From positions 800,001-864,000 of the forward strand of contig OZ242376.1 in NCBI GenBank assembly GCA_965209085.1: a DNA stretch of 64,000 nt. Reading direction: 5' to 3'. Below the pieces are notes generated by a model. It made no database searches. It was not told the DNA's origin and was given only the letters and a program-made list of their open reading frames with translations. Shown here piece by piece: positions 10,506-21,474 of this stretch. The position numbers and the translations under genes are program-made. The stretch's first letter is position 1, and the number at the start of each line of letters is the position of its first letter. Source of the DNA: Nitrosopumilaceae archaeon (GTDB lineage Archaea; Thermoproteota; Nitrososphaeria; Nitrososphaerales; Nitrosopumilaceae).

Positions 10506-12005
10506 GTAACTGTCTAGAGTTTTGAAGTTAAATTGGATAGATATTCTTCCAAATAATCATGAAAGTTCAGATTCCTCAACCTGCACGTCTCCTTTATGCT
10601 CATCAATATCTTGTGAGCTTTGGCACCATCCTCTGAGCGATGACCATTTGTAATTTTACGTATTACGACATTTGGTCGAATCCCCCTCTCGGCGGTATTG
10701 TTGTGCCAGTCAGTACCCGTTTTTAGAAACGTAAAGAGCATATCTTTTTCTCGCCTGATTCTTTTTACAAATCTGATACAGTTTTTCTCCTTGTACGGCT
10801 TTGAGATCAGTCTGTCAATTCTTACCTCTAGATTTTTCTTGATTTTAAGCCTCTTGATCTTGCTTTGTATCTTTGCAGCATCCTGTGAGTCGTAGAGTAT
10901 TTTTTGCAGACGTTTTGCAAATGGTTCAAACTCTTTGCCGGGGTTTTTATGATCTATTGTACCCAAGATCTCTCTTTTATAGTGAACATGGCAACGCTGA
11001 TGTGTTTTACCAGCATAATTCCATGCTGGCCATGAATCGCTTGTAACGTTTCCCTTGTATTCTTTTAATATTTTTTTTGGTACCTCGCGTCCACGTGATT
11101 TGTCAATTTCATATATGATGGTCCATTTTCCAACAAACACCCACAACCAGTGGTTGATGCCATCAATCCGCCAGCTGGTCTCATCTCCGTGTATGTTTAA
11201 TTCTTGGTTTAATTCCTTTATCATCTGCTCGTACAGCGAACCAAACGCTGTCGCCATTTTTGTTATCGCATGATTTATGGTGGAAGGTGTCACGTGTATC
11301 GAATACATTGTATTTACCAGTCGTGATATTTTTACATATGAAATTCCCAATAATTTGAGTGAGACGATAAACACTCCCAATCTGATCCCAAACCTACTGT
11401 TTGGAAGTGCGGTGTATATTTTTGGTGTGATTGTCTTTTTACAGTGTTTGCAATATCTTCGATATATCGTATATTCTGTATTGTACGTCTTTGCTGGAAT
11501 AATATCCTCCACCGTACGGGTGTATTTGTCGATGATTTTTGAGAGCTTGTTTCCACATCCACTGCACATCTTTTGATCCACATTTGTTTTATTGTCGATT
11601 CTGATGGGTTTTTTTCTGCTGGTTCTTGTATGATCAGAGTATTTTCTTTCTGTAAGAGTTTTGGAAATGTTGGGTTTTGCATGGATATTCTTTGCGACAA
11701 GTTCTTTTACTGCAAATTTTAGATCATCTATTTCTTTTTGTTGATCTGCAGATTTTTTTTCAAGCATGGAACATTTTTCCTCAGATGCAGAATATTTGCT
11801 TTTCAGATCTGTAATCTCGCTTTTCTGTCGTTTATTGATACGTTGTAACTGCGCAATTTCTTGCGATACATAATGTGACCTTTGGTTGTGGTCATTTTGG
11901 TCACGTTCTGACAACAATTCGTTATGTTTGTGCCCGATCCATAAAGATCACGGTGGAAAATACTCGATCATATGATCAAATCGCTTCAAAACTCTAGACA
12001 GTTAC
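10506..12005 (-). mobile_element. IS66-family element (single-ORF, ISBst12-like), copy 1
   Basis: 22-bp IRs GTAACTGTCTAGAGTTTTGAAG; no target-site duplication. Confidence 0.95.
10514..11917 (-). CDS. IS66 transposase, intact
   Basis: Coiled coil, Zn finger (CSGC..CKHC), GDETSW, QRCHVH and NNTAERGIRP. Confidence 0.95.
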   Translation of the reverse strand: MLSERDQNDHNQRSHYVSQEIAQLQRINKRQKSEITDLKSKYSASEEKCSMLEKKSADQQKEIDDLKFAVKELVAKNIHAKPNISKTLTERKYSDHTRTSRKKPIRIDNKTNVDQKMCSGCGNKLSKIIDKYTRTVEDIIPAKTYNTEYTIYRRYCKHCKKTITPKIYTALPNSRFGIRLGVFIVSLKLLGISYVKISRLVNTMYSIHVTPSTINHAITKMATAFGSLYEQMIKELNQELNIHGDETSWRIDGINHWLWVFVGKWTIIYEIDKSRGREVPKKILKEYKGNVTSDSWPAWNYAGKTHQRCHVHYKREILGTIDHKNPGKEFEPFAKRLQKILYDSQDAAKIQSKIKRLKIKKNLEVRIDRLISKPYKEKNCIRFVKRIRREKDMLFTFLKTGTDWHNNTAERGIRPNVVIRKITNGHRSEDGAKAHKILMSIKETCRLRNLNFHDYLEEYLSNLTSKL

Positions 12006-12185
12006 GATATTTTGTATATTTCCTTTATATATCATTTTTTTATTGCGGGTCTCAAATCTTTTTTTCAATGTATCACATGCATCAGGATTGTTGTCATTTG
12101 CAAAAACTAATTTAAATCCGGCATTGACAAATCCCAGGGTATCTCCCCCACCCCCAGCAAATAAAGTTGATACTGTCGGTTTCAT
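11994..12185 (-). pseudogene. C5 cytosine DNA methyltransferase N-terminus, truncated by IS66
   Basis: Motif I LFAGGGG..LGF..AGF..VFANDN. The PCQ motif is absent on the far side of the IS. Confidence 0.85.
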
Positions 12186-12707
12186 TTTATTTTATAGTTA
12201 TATCTTTAGTTTAAAAATAATTCGTTTTATTACTTTAACAGGTCTTATAGTACTTTTGGCATGTCTGCGAATGAGTGTTTTTGTAAAAATCCGATCAAAT
12301 CCATTCAAAATTGTGCAATACACCGGTAAATCTTAGGTCCAACATCAGTTAGGGCATACAGAAAAACTCCTTTGTATGTAAAACCCATATTTCCATGATC
12401 GTAGAAATTTCTGAATATTTCATCATAGTCTTTTGATCACATATTTCTCTAGAATTATGCCATATTACACATCATCAAATTAAATTTTGCAATAAATTCT
12501 GGTATGTGGTGAAAATCATATATTTATTTGAGTTAAAATTGCCAACATTTCAAGAGCAATAATGCTTTTGTCCTTGATGCATTTTTTCAACATGCCCTTC
12601 CAGCCTGAAATTACTTTCCGCAGATTCCACCTCCACTCGTTATGAGATCTTTTTACAACTCTAGCTAAAAGATATGCTGCTAGAACAATCTCTGGTATGA
12701 ATTCCAT

Positions 12708-13574
12708 CTATCCAAGCACCTGCCTTGCACCAATCTCTGTGCTAAATCCACAGATGTTTGATAGTCGATTCATATCTTGGTGCGTTATCGTGCATCTATC
12801 ATGAGCTAGTCTCAACGAATATGGATACCCTTTAAGGCTATTATTGGCAAGAGAGTTGATCAGTAATTTTATTTCAGATTCTGTATGACCGTTGCCAAAT
12901 AATTCCAGTTTTAACAGCGGACAGCAATCCGCAAGGCGTACATATAATGTTGAAATTATAGCATTAGACCCGTAACGCTCATCCTCAAATATTTTACTAA
13001 ATCCTGCATTATTGCACGCTTTACCGTAATAATAAATGTCTCCGACAGGATTTGTTTTCCCAAATTCAACTTTTGTATATGATGTTTTTGAGATAAATAC
13101 AATATTTCCAAACTTTTTCAATTTGGTAAACATCTGCCACGTTTTATCCAACTTTGCATTGAAAAACATTCCATTTGCAGCATCATGTTCTAGTATCTTG
13201 GAATGCAGAGATCCGTCCATAAGAACATGGTCCGCACTAGGTGCCACATCCCAGCACAAATCCATCTCTAATTCGCTGGCCACATGAGCTGCTCTCTCTC
13301 GTGATTTTTCAAGACCATATTTGAAAAGATCCAAACTTGTACTCCCGGATACATTGGTAGCAGACCCAGTAGACAACCAAAACTCCAATCCCTGGTATTT
13401 GGCGCTGTTGTAACTGCTATCTATCCCAACAATTTCAGACTCTGCTTTGATCGGATTGTATAAGGTCCAACGGGATTTTGCAAGATCTACTGTCTGTTTA
13501 AATTTTGAGTCATGTAATGCAGATACTAGCCTATCTTTGTTGTTAATTACGTGCTTGAATACATCCATATGCAT
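12708..13574 (-). CDS. nurA: DNA double-strand break repair nuclease NurA
   Basis: Motifs VGIDSS, LMDGSL, ISKTS and GYPYSLRLAHDRCTI. Confidence 0.88.
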   Translation of the reverse strand: MHMDVFKHVINNKDRLVSALHDSKFKQTVDLAKSRWTLYNPIKAESEIVGIDSSYNSAKYQGLEFWLSTGSATNVSGSTSLDLFKYGLEKSRERAAHVASELEMDLCWDVAPSADHVLMDGSLHSKILEHDAANGMFFNAKLDKTWQMFTKLKKFGNIVFISKTSYTKVEFGKTNPVGDIYYYGKACNNAGFSKIFEDERYGSNAIISTLYVRLADCCPLLKLELFGNGHTESEIKLLINSLANNSLKGYPYSLRLAHDRCTITHQDMNRLSNICGFSTEIGARQVLG

Positions 13575-13576
13575 TA

Positions 13577-14949
13577 GAGTTTATGCATAATCAATCACTG
13601 AGACATACGGTTCCGACTATGACGCTGTCATGATCAAAGTACACATGGCCTAAAACCTTCAAGCAGACAACAAAATAAATCAAAATATCATATGCATGAC
13701 AAAAAGCAGAATATTGTGCGTGACCGTATGCACAAAGATGTGCTACTTGATTTGAGCGCAAACTTTTTCCAACGGTTCGATATACTTGCGATCCTTTAAC
13801 ATGATGTGCAGATTGGTCAGTCCTGTAACCACTTGGATTTCTGTATAAAACGCATCCATTGTATCATCATATATGGCACTCATTCTGCGGAACCATTTGA
13901 GCCGGTTTATGGCATGCTCTACTTTTATGCGCTTACGACTGATTCTCTTGCTGTATTCACGTTCCGTCTCTGTCAGCCCCTTACCCTTTGGTTTTTTGTA
14001 CGGCTGCTTTGAGATAATTCCAGGATAGTCTTTTTCCACGGACAGATATCCCTTGTCAGTATATAGCATAATTTGGCGCTCTTTTTTTGTATCAGAGTTT
14101 TTCATGCCATCGGTCCATTTGCCAAAATTTGGCGGATTACGCCGCAGTACCTCCATGTCATGTACTGAGCCATCTTCAGGTCCGCCAATGTCAAGTACCA
14201 ACCCGTCTTTGTTTGAGGTTATCTGTACGTTGTAGACGTGCCTCTTACGCTTTCCAGAGTATACTACCTCTTGGTTTTCCTGCGGTCTTTGAACCTGTAC
14301 AAACGTGGCATCAAGATACAGCTCGCCGCCGCCTCTGCCGGGTACGAATTTTTTAAACAACTCGCTTGTACGTATTGTCTGTATTGCAGCACCAATATTC
14401 TTAGCCGTTGGAAGAATATTCATCAACAATTCATCAGAAAAGGTCAGATATCTGCTAATGGTGCTCTGATCAACGCCTGCAATGGCCGCAAGCAATTCCT
14501 GTTTAGGATTGTTGCGTTTGCGGCACAGTGTGACAAACAAAATTTGAGATGCAGTGAGAATACAGGTGTTTCCAGGATCGTCGACATAATCTGAAAAGCG
14601 AGCGGTCTTGGGTGAATATTTGACAACTTTTTAGAACCGTTCTAGAATCCATTCAAACTCTTCATGGTTCATTCCGGCGTCCCGTACAAATAATTGTCAT
14701 CATTAATTATGTGGTTCAAATGTTCGTAGGCAGATTGTTGCTTTTCGACCTCATTATCATGTACCGTTTTTTTGTAGCGTTGGTTTTTGGCTTCTAGCTT
14801 GGAATTCCTCTTTTTCATTTCGGAGATTATCTCTGCCTGCCTGGAAATTACACGCTTGTCTGGGGTACACATGCTGTACGAATGTGATACTAGATCATAG
14901 ATCTTTTGATTTGTCAAAATTGATTTTTTGGTTAATTATGCATAAGGCC
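13577..14949 (-). mobile_element. IS5/ISL2-like (DDE_Tnp_4) element, copy 1, frameshifted
   Basis: IRs GAGTTTATGCATAA / TTATGCATAAGGCC. Motifs LDATF, YSGKRKRH, GSVHD, DKGY and RIKVEHAI. Confidence 0.9.
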
Positions 14950-14961
14950 TAATGAATGCAG

Positions 14962-15996
14962 TTAGAGCATTTTTGAAGTAATGCATACATCGTAATTTTC
15001 CGGATTAGTAATTACATCATAAACATTTCCAGATTCATCCCCAACAAAATCCCAATGAGTGTCAAAACCAGCATCATACTCAACTATTTTTGCGTCTTTA
15101 CATGATATGCATAGTAATGACTTGGATAAAGTTGTCGAATTACCTCCTGAAACATATGCCTCACTTATGTCACCATATGTCGGAACATGCCGTATGATGG
15201 AAAGATCGTTTACTGTATTCCAAATTAATCTAAATAAAACGTGTTCAATAGAATTCAACCCCATTGAATTAGATGAATGTGCACCGTCTGCAAACCAAGG
15301 TTCCCAGCCACCAAGGAAATATTCTAACGAATTAGGAGAAATTTGTATTAAATATAATATGGGTAGGATTATTTCATCATGTTCTGTTTTTTCATAATAA
15401 TTTGTTATAACTTGTTTGATCTTTTCATCTTTAGTGCCATCACTTTTAGAACAAATTTCAGGATCCATGTGCGAAATTTCCATACTAGATGAACGAATAG
15501 GGAAAGCAATTGAAACATGATTTGGAAATATTTTATAGTTTTTATCGGATTTTTTTAATCGTTTTTCTAATAGTATGTGTTTATAAGCTATTATTTTCTT
15601 TGTAGATAATATCTCTCGAACAAGATCAGAATTAATCATTTGTTGAGCATATTTCGACATCATAAATGATGATGCATTTTCTTGCCAATCATGAGGATCC
15701 AATGTTGCCAAAGTTCTAAAAAACATTGAAGTTATAATTTTGAGAGATTTGGCATCTTTTGGCAAACTATAATGTAAAGTAGACTTACTATGATTTGGCG
15801 AGGAGATTAATTTTGAATGAAGCATGCCGTATTTTATCAATTTTTCACAAACAATTTTTGCGCCAACTCTGCTAATTTTTTTATTAGATATTTTTTCTAT
15901 CTGAGCTGGATAAAAATCTCCTTTTACACCGTATTTAAAAAAAAGATTCAATAGTAGCATTTCATTTTTATTTAAAGTTTTAATCACAATATTCAA
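14962..15996 (-). CDS. Hypothetical protein with possible N-terminal winged HTH
   Basis: 344-aa AT-rich ORF. FYPAQIEK...ISRVGAKIVCEKLIKYGML resembles a wHTH. Confidence 0.6.
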   Translation of the reverse strand: MNIVIKTLNKNEMLLLNLFFKYGVKGDFYPAQIEKISNKKISRVGAKIVCEKLIKYGMLHSKLISSPNHSKSTLHYSLPKDAKSLKIITSMFFRTLATLDPHDWQENASSFMMSKYAQQMINSDLVREILSTKKIIAYKHILLEKRLKKSDKNYKIFPNHVSIAFPIRSSSMEISHMDPEICSKSDGTKDEKIKQVITNYYEKTEHDEIILPILYLIQISPNSLEYFLGGWEPWFADGAHSSNSMGLNSIEHVLFRLIWNTVNDLSIIRHVPTYGDISEAYVSGGNSTTLSKSLLCISCKDAKIVEYDAGFDTHWDFVGDESGNVYDVITNPENYDVCITSKML

Positions 15997-16132
15997 TAGC
16001 CATTAATGTATTTTAATATTTATATATTTTAAAATTGTCTTAATTTTAACATCTGCAAGAACATATTGTAAAGTTAACTGACTTTAACTTTACAGTCATG
16101 TGATTATTATAACCCGATAATTACTGTAATGT

Positions 16133-16249
16133 ATGACCGAAATTACAAAGAAGGATGCCGCAAGGATCCAATCCCATGCAGACAAAACTGGAACAAACAA
16201 AGAATTTGCTAGTCGCATCCAGGCAGCTGCAGATAAAAAAAGCAAATAG
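16133..16249 (+). CDS. Small SMP/LEA-like stress protein (38 aa; not in the ORF track)
   Basis: Translates MTEITKKDAARIQSHADKTGTNKEFASRIQAAADKKSK, with a TATA-like TTATTATAA about 25 bp upstream. Confidence 0.65.
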   Translation: MTEITKKDAARIQSHADKTGTNKEFASRIQAAADKKSK

Positions 16250-16376
16250 AACATAAAAAAATAATGATTGATTTGCATCACATATGTAAATCAATCATAT
16301 TTTTTTTAAATTTTTTATGAATCAAAATATATGCAGTAATGAAATAATTTAAGATTAATTTATCACATGTAGATTA

Positions 16377-16452
16377 GATCGTATGCATGACTGGTCCAAT
16401 TCACAATTTTTATGGATAAAAATGGCTGATTTGAACGATTATGCATACGATC
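16377..16452. mobile_element. 76-bp MITE with IS5-type ends
   Basis: IRs GATCGTATGCAT / ATGCATACGATC flanked by TTA/TAA, like the local IS5 elements. Confidence 0.65.
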
Positions 16453-16587
16453 TAATGATGCATACAGTAACGAATTTGAATCAAAAGTCAACATGACCGC
16501 TAGAAATAATCCAGTACGCAAATTTCACACCCAATCTCCATAGCGCAAAACTACTATAATTTTATACCCCTGAAAATTACCTATAAT

Positions 16588-17526
16588 ATGGTAAATCATG
16601 GAGGACCAGTATTGGACATTAACATATCTGAGAATACAAAAATAAGTAAAATATTTGAGGAGCTAGCTGAATCTGGAGGATTTGAATCAGTAAACATGGC
16701 CAAAGGCCTTGACATATTAGAATCAATGATAAGTGATGAAAAATGCGTTAAATTTGTCTCCTTTGTGGGCGCATTAATCTCAACTGGAATGCGAGGTATC
16801 ATAAAAGATATGATGCGCCGCAAACTCTTTGATGTTGCCATTACAACATGCGGCGCACTTGATCATGATATTGCAAGATCCGCCTCTAAATATCTAAAAG
16901 GATCGTTCACCATGGATGATTCAAAACTCCTAGATGAGGGCATTCACAGGCTTGGAAGCGTACTTGTTCCAAAAGACGTTTACGGACCTGCAATAGAGAA
17001 CATGATGCAGCCCTGGCTTGAGGATGCATACAAAGATGGCATGAAGCGTATGAATACTGCAGAGTTGTGCAAAATGATAGGCTCGCATCTTGGCGAGGAT
17101 TCTTTTCTATACTGGGCGTACAAAAACGACATACCTGTGACAGTTCCGGGAATAATGGACGGGGCTGTGGGAAGCCAGGTGTGGATGTTTTCCCAAAGAC
17201 ATCCTGATTTCATACTAGATGTAACAGGGGATGCCCAAATGCTCTCAGGCAAGGTATTTGGCGCAAAAAGCACGGGAGCTTTGATGATTGGAGGCGGCAT
17301 ATCAAAACATCACACCTTGTGGTGGAACCAGTACCGCGGAGGACTTGATTACGCCTTGTACATAACAACTGCAAACGAGTTTGACGGCAGCTTGAGCGGT
17401 GCAAAGGTAAGGGAGGCAATATCATGGGGCAAGGTTACAAAAACTGCAAAACAGACTACAATAACAGCAGAAGCTACTGCAGTGCTTCCTTTTTTATATT
17501 CAGCACTGCTCTCAAAAATCTCCTAA
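16588..17526 (+). CDS. dys: Deoxyhypusine synthase
   Basis: Motifs ISTGMRG, TTCGALDHD, GGGISKH and DGSLSGA..REAISWGK. Confidence 0.96.
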   Translation: MVNHGGPVLDINISENTKISKIFEELAESGGFESVNMAKGLDILESMISDEKCVKFVSFVGALISTGMRGIIKDMMRRKLFDVAITTCGALDHDIARSASKYLKGSFTMDDSKLLDEGIHRLGSVLVPKDVYGPAIENMMQPWLEDAYKDGMKRMNTAELCKMIGSHLGEDSFLYWAYKNDIPVTVPGIMDGAVGSQVWMFSQRHPDFILDVTGDAQMLSGKVFGAKSTGALMIGGGISKHHTLWWNQYRGGLDYALYITTANEFDGSLSGAKVREAISWGKVTKTAKQTTITAEATAVLPFLYSALLSKIS

Positions 17527-18815
17527 GATTGCACAGTATATGATACGCCGGTCAGGGAGCGCAGTTTTTTCTGCAAAAGTGATATGATTTCAGGTATTTT
17601 CCGCAGTGCTGATTCAGACTCCTCACGCATGCTCTCTGTACGGGTTATCTGATCATCTAGGCGCCGTTTTTCACGCAGTACTGATGATTCAAGTGATTCA
17701 AGGTCTTTTACACTAAATAATTTTGCAACCTCTGCTGTAAGCCCCTCACGCTCTGATTTTAAAACATTGTATGATTTTGCAAATTCTGGAATTTGCGATA
17801 AAATCTCATCTATTGCAGCAGATGACCTATCTGAATCCTTGACCGATACTGTACCTCCCACGACACCGGCACGAACAGTAGAGAGTATCGACTGTATATC
17901 CTGTACGCTTCCCTTGTGCATGGCAAGGTAGGGATCTTTGCACAAAATCCCAAGCAGTATCTTGCGTTCTTTATCCATGGCAGAAACGTATTCGTATTTT
18001 GCAAGCGGACGTGATATTTTGGTAAACTGTTCGTTGATACGTTTTCTCTCATTTTGCACAAGCTCATCATGTGCATCAAGTTTTTTGCAGCCATCAAGAT
18101 ATGCTGCATAATTTTCCCCAGCTTTCATCTCTGAGATATTTTTTAGAGTTTTTTGCACCAAATCCTGAATTTGTGCACTCTCCTTTTTTGCCTCTTTAAC
18201 CCTGTAATTTTTGGATTTTGAGGTTTCATTCAAATTCTCTATCTCTTTTAATCCTGCAATTATATCTGATGCATCCTTTTCTTGCGCAATGTTCTCTTTT
18301 GATAATTTGGAAGCTAGATTGAACGCTGACTCTAGCTCTTTCATGATGTTTTTTATGCGGTCTGCATATTTTTTTGCAAACAAGTTGATTACGCGGCTGT
18401 GGCGTCCAAGGGCATCCCCCGTACGTTTTATTCTGCGTCCTGCATCAGCGACGAATTTTTCAACATCCTCTGATTTTGAAATTTTCTCCATGGGTTTTCC
18501 TGACTCTTCTTTTACAATTTTTATTACCTGTTTTTTACCCCTCTGCACGATTATTCTGATATTGCGGTCAACATCATCTATCTTGAGATCGTCCCCGTCA
18601 AGCTTTGAAATTATTTTTGCAAGATCTGCAAAAAGATTGCCCATCTTTGAATGCAGTGCACTAGTTTCAGATACGAGTGTTTTTGAGCGTACCTTGAGCG
18701 CATCCTCAAGAACCTCTGGCACATCATTTAGATCCACTGCGCGTTCCATTTTTGGCGCCTCTTTTCGCGCCTGATCCCTGTTTTTTTTGCCCCACCCAAA
18801 TACCATATTGCACAT
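17523..18815 (-). CDS. Conserved coiled-coil hypothetical protein
   Basis: 430-aa helical ORF starting MVFGWGKK, with core-like codon usage. Confidence 0.75.
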   Translation of the reverse strand: MCNMVFGWGKKNRDQARKEAPKMERAVDLNDVPEVLEDALKVRSKTLVSETSALHSKMGNLFADLAKIISKLDGDDLKIDDVDRNIRIIVQRGKKQVIKIVKEESGKPMEKISKSEDVEKFVADAGRRIKRTGDALGRHSRVINLFAKKYADRIKNIMKELESAFNLASKLSKENIAQEKDASDIIAGLKEIENLNETSKSKNYRVKEAKKESAQIQDLVQKTLKNISEMKAGENYAAYLDGCKKLDAHDELVQNERKRINEQFTKISRPLAKYEYVSAMDKERKILLGILCKDPYLAMHKGSVQDIQSILSTVRAGVVGGTVSVKDSDRSSAAIDEILSQIPEFAKSYNVLKSEREGLTAEVAKLFSVKDLESLESSVLREKRRLDDQITRTESMREESESALRKIPEIISLLQKKLRSLTGVSYTVQS

Positions 18816-18933
18816 ATGAAATTTGAGTTGATTAAAACGTTAAGACATAACACATACTTGCGCACGAATAAAGACTAAATGACGCAATGTTGTTTCCTGC
18901 ACTGTCGCATACTCTTGACATTGCATACTAAAT

Positions 18934-19494
18934 TTGCCCCATATTATACAAGATATGGACATCCTTGCAATCGTACAGGAGCATGCGTTAGAGTCAGCAC
19001 TGATAGTTTTAGGAGCTGGCATTTTACAGGGTGCAGTCCTAGCTAGAGGGGTACGAAACAGATTTCCAAGACTAAAGCGGCATACAAGGTCAGTCTCTGC
19101 TGTATTTTTGATACTGCTCTCCATTAGTGCCATGGTAAACATTGTAAAATTTGCAAATCCTGAAAAATACGAATTTGTAGTGCCTGAAAATTTTAGTGCT
19201 GATTCTCTTTCACATGCAATAATCTCGCTGATTGGACTTGACGGCAGCCTTGCATCATCTTTCCTAATCCTACTCTCAGTAACGGTTTTTCTGATATTTC
19301 GCACCGCACGACTGCATAAAGTGACGCGTTATTTCATATTTGCATTAAGTGTGGTGACATTTGGACTGTTCTTGGCGGCAAGGTTTACGGATTTTATTCC
19401 AAATGCTTTGCAACTTTTACTATATGCTGTATATCAGGCAGGAATTGCACTTGGTGCGTTTGCAGTATCAAAAAGAGGCGTTAAAGAGGGATGA
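18934..19494 (+). CDS. Hypothetical membrane protein
   Basis: Five hydrophobic segments. Confidence 0.7.
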   Translation: MPHIIQDMDILAIVQEHALESALIVLGAGILQGAVLARGVRNRFPRLKRHTRSVSAVFLILLSISAMVNIVKFANPEKYEFVVPENFSADSLSHAIISLIGLDGSLASSFLILLSVTVFLIFRTARLHKVTRYFIFALSVVTFGLFLAARFTDFIPNALQLLLYAVYQAGIALGAFAVSKRGVKEG

Positions 19495-19495
19495 T

Positions 19496-20344
19496 TTACT
19501 CGTATGAGGGTGGAGCCTTGCCCATCTTTTCTCCAGTTATCATCTCGTATACTGCCACATACCTTTGACTCATCTTTGATATGATCTCATCTGGTATGGT
19601 TGGAGGCACCGGCGTTTTTCCAGCATCGCGTTCTTTGAGAAATCTATCTGCGTGACCGTTTTCTGCAAGCCAGTCTCGCAGAATCTGCTTATCATATGAT
19701 TCCTGTATCTTTCCTTCCTGATATGATTCTGCGGGCCACAATCTGCACTCGTCTGGACCTATGCTGTCTGCAAGTTTTACCTCCCCATCTAATTTGCCAA
19801 ATTCCAGTTTTAAATCCGCGAGGATAAATCCTGCATCACCTGTGATTTTTGACATTTCCTCGTATACGCTGATGGTTTTCTTTTCAAGATCATCATATTC
19901 TGCACCGGTGAGGAGTCCTTTTGAAACTGCTGTTTTTTTATCAATGGGTATGTCATGTTTCTCTTTTGTACTTGGATCAAAGATTGGTACGGGCAGCTTT
20001 GAGGCCAATACGTTACTGGCACCTTTTGGCAAAACTATTTGACCGGATTTTACCCTGGAGGCATAGCTGCCGTATACGTATCCTCTCACCACGCATTCCA
20101 TGGGAATCATTTCCAACTGTTCCACTGTAATTTCAGTTGCAGACTGTCTTTCCACAAAGTGGTTTGGAACTGTAATCTTTGAAAACCAGTATTCTGCAAA
20201 CTTGCAGAGCACCTCGCCTTTTCTTGGTATATCCTGTATGAATTCCACATCGTACGCGGACACGCGGTCGCTAAATCTGAAAACAAGGTTCCCATCGTTT
20301 AGATCGTAAATGTCCTTTACCTTGCCGGATGAGAGAAACTGCAT
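19496..20344 (-). CDS. purC: SAICAR synthase
   Basis: Motifs [32 protein letters not shown] and DKQILRDWL. Confidence 0.97.
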   Translation of the reverse strand: MQFLSSGKVKDIYDLNDGNLVFRFSDRVSAYDVEFIQDIPRKGEVLCKFAEYWFSKITVPNHFVERQSATEITVEQLEMIPMECVVRGYVYGSYASRVKSGQIVLPKGASNVLASKLPVPIFDPSTKEKHDIPIDKKTAVSKGLLTGAEYDDLEKKTISVYEEMSKITGDAGFILADLKLEFGKLDGEVKLADSIGPDECRLWPAESYQEGKIQESYDKQILRDWLAENGHADRFLKERDAGKTPVPPTIPDEIISKMSQRYVAVYEMITGEKMGKAPPSYE

Positions 20345-20583
20345 GATGTAATTGGAGGTGTTTGCACATTTAACTGATCATAAGATGTGCGATCGGTTTG
20401 AGATGTATAATTTTTGAATTTGTTTATCTTGGTATGCGAATACGGTATGGTGATACATGACTGATACAACTGGCCACATTATGGACATGTGAATCGTTTT
20501 ACCATCATGCACCTGCCAAACGCACCAATAACGCCTGCATGAGCGTCTAGAATTAATTACCTCTTATTGAGGAACATCAAAGT

Positions 20584-21399
20584 ATGAAGAAAATAGGTCT
20601 GCTTGGGTGCGGTGCTATAGGAGCTCAAATTGCACATGCAATTGATTCTGGTGAAATTCAGGCAAAACTTGTCTCAGTGTACGATCAGGATACTGAGCGG
20701 GCAAACGCCCTGGTGGCAAAGTTGTCAAAAAAACCGCGCTTGGCACAAAACGCCCACATGCTTTCATCTGAAAACGTTGACCTTGTAGTGGAAGCTGCAT
20801 CCCAGGATGCTGTACGGAGTGTGGCACTTAGCGTTTTACAAAACCGCAGAGATTTGATGATAATGAGCTCAGGCGCATTACTTGATGAATCAGTGTTTGA
20901 TGTACTCCAGGATGCATGCGCTGAATTTAACTGCACCATATACCTGCCATCCGGTGCCATAGCTGGAATCGATGCCATAAAGTCTGTAAAATCCGAGCTT
21001 GAATCAGTCTCGCTTGTAACCACAAAACCTCCAGCATCGCTTGCATCAGCCCCGTTTGTTATAAAATCTAAAATAAACCTCAAATCTATAACAAAACCTC
21101 TCACAGTATTTGAGGGCAATGCAGTAGATGCTGTACGGGGATTTCCAACAAACATAAACGTGGCAGCACTACTCTCAATAGCCGGCCTTGGAGCAAAAAC
21201 ACGCGTAAAAATAATAGCAGATCCTTTGGCCACTGAAAACTCGCATACGATAAATGCCACCGGCTCCTTTGGAACCATATCCATAAGCGTGCACAACAAA
21301 CCTGACTCACAAAACCCAAAGACCAGCCGCATGGCAGTCCTCTCGGCCATACAGTGCCTCAGGCAGATCTGCTCATCAGGCGTAAATTTAGGCACATAA
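20584..21399 (+). CDS. nadX: L-aspartate dehydrogenase
   Basis: Motifs GCGAIG, VEAASQ, PSGAIAGID, FPTNINVAA and NPKTS; adjacent to nadA. Confidence 0.95.
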   Translation: MKKIGLLGCGAIGAQIAHAIDSGEIQAKLVSVYDQDTERANALVAKLSKKPRLAQNAHMLSSENVDLVVEAASQDAVRSVALSVLQNRRDLMIMSSGALLDESVFDVLQDACAEFNCTIYLPSGAIAGIDAIKSVKSELESVSLVTTKPPASLASAPFVIKSKINLKSITKPLTVFEGNAVDAVRGFPTNINVAALLSIAGLGAKTRVKIIADPLATENSHTINATGSFGTISISVHNKPDSQNPKTSRMAVLSAIQCLRQICSSGVNLGT

Positions 21400-21474
21400 T
21401 ATACTGCATATAAAATACGTCCAAATCCGGCACGCGATTGATTTATTTAAATCGACTATAATCCAAATACGGAC

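Noticed and set aside
12516-12707. herA remnant downstream of nurA
   Set aside because: No HAS-barrel or Walker A similarity is visible; left uncalled.
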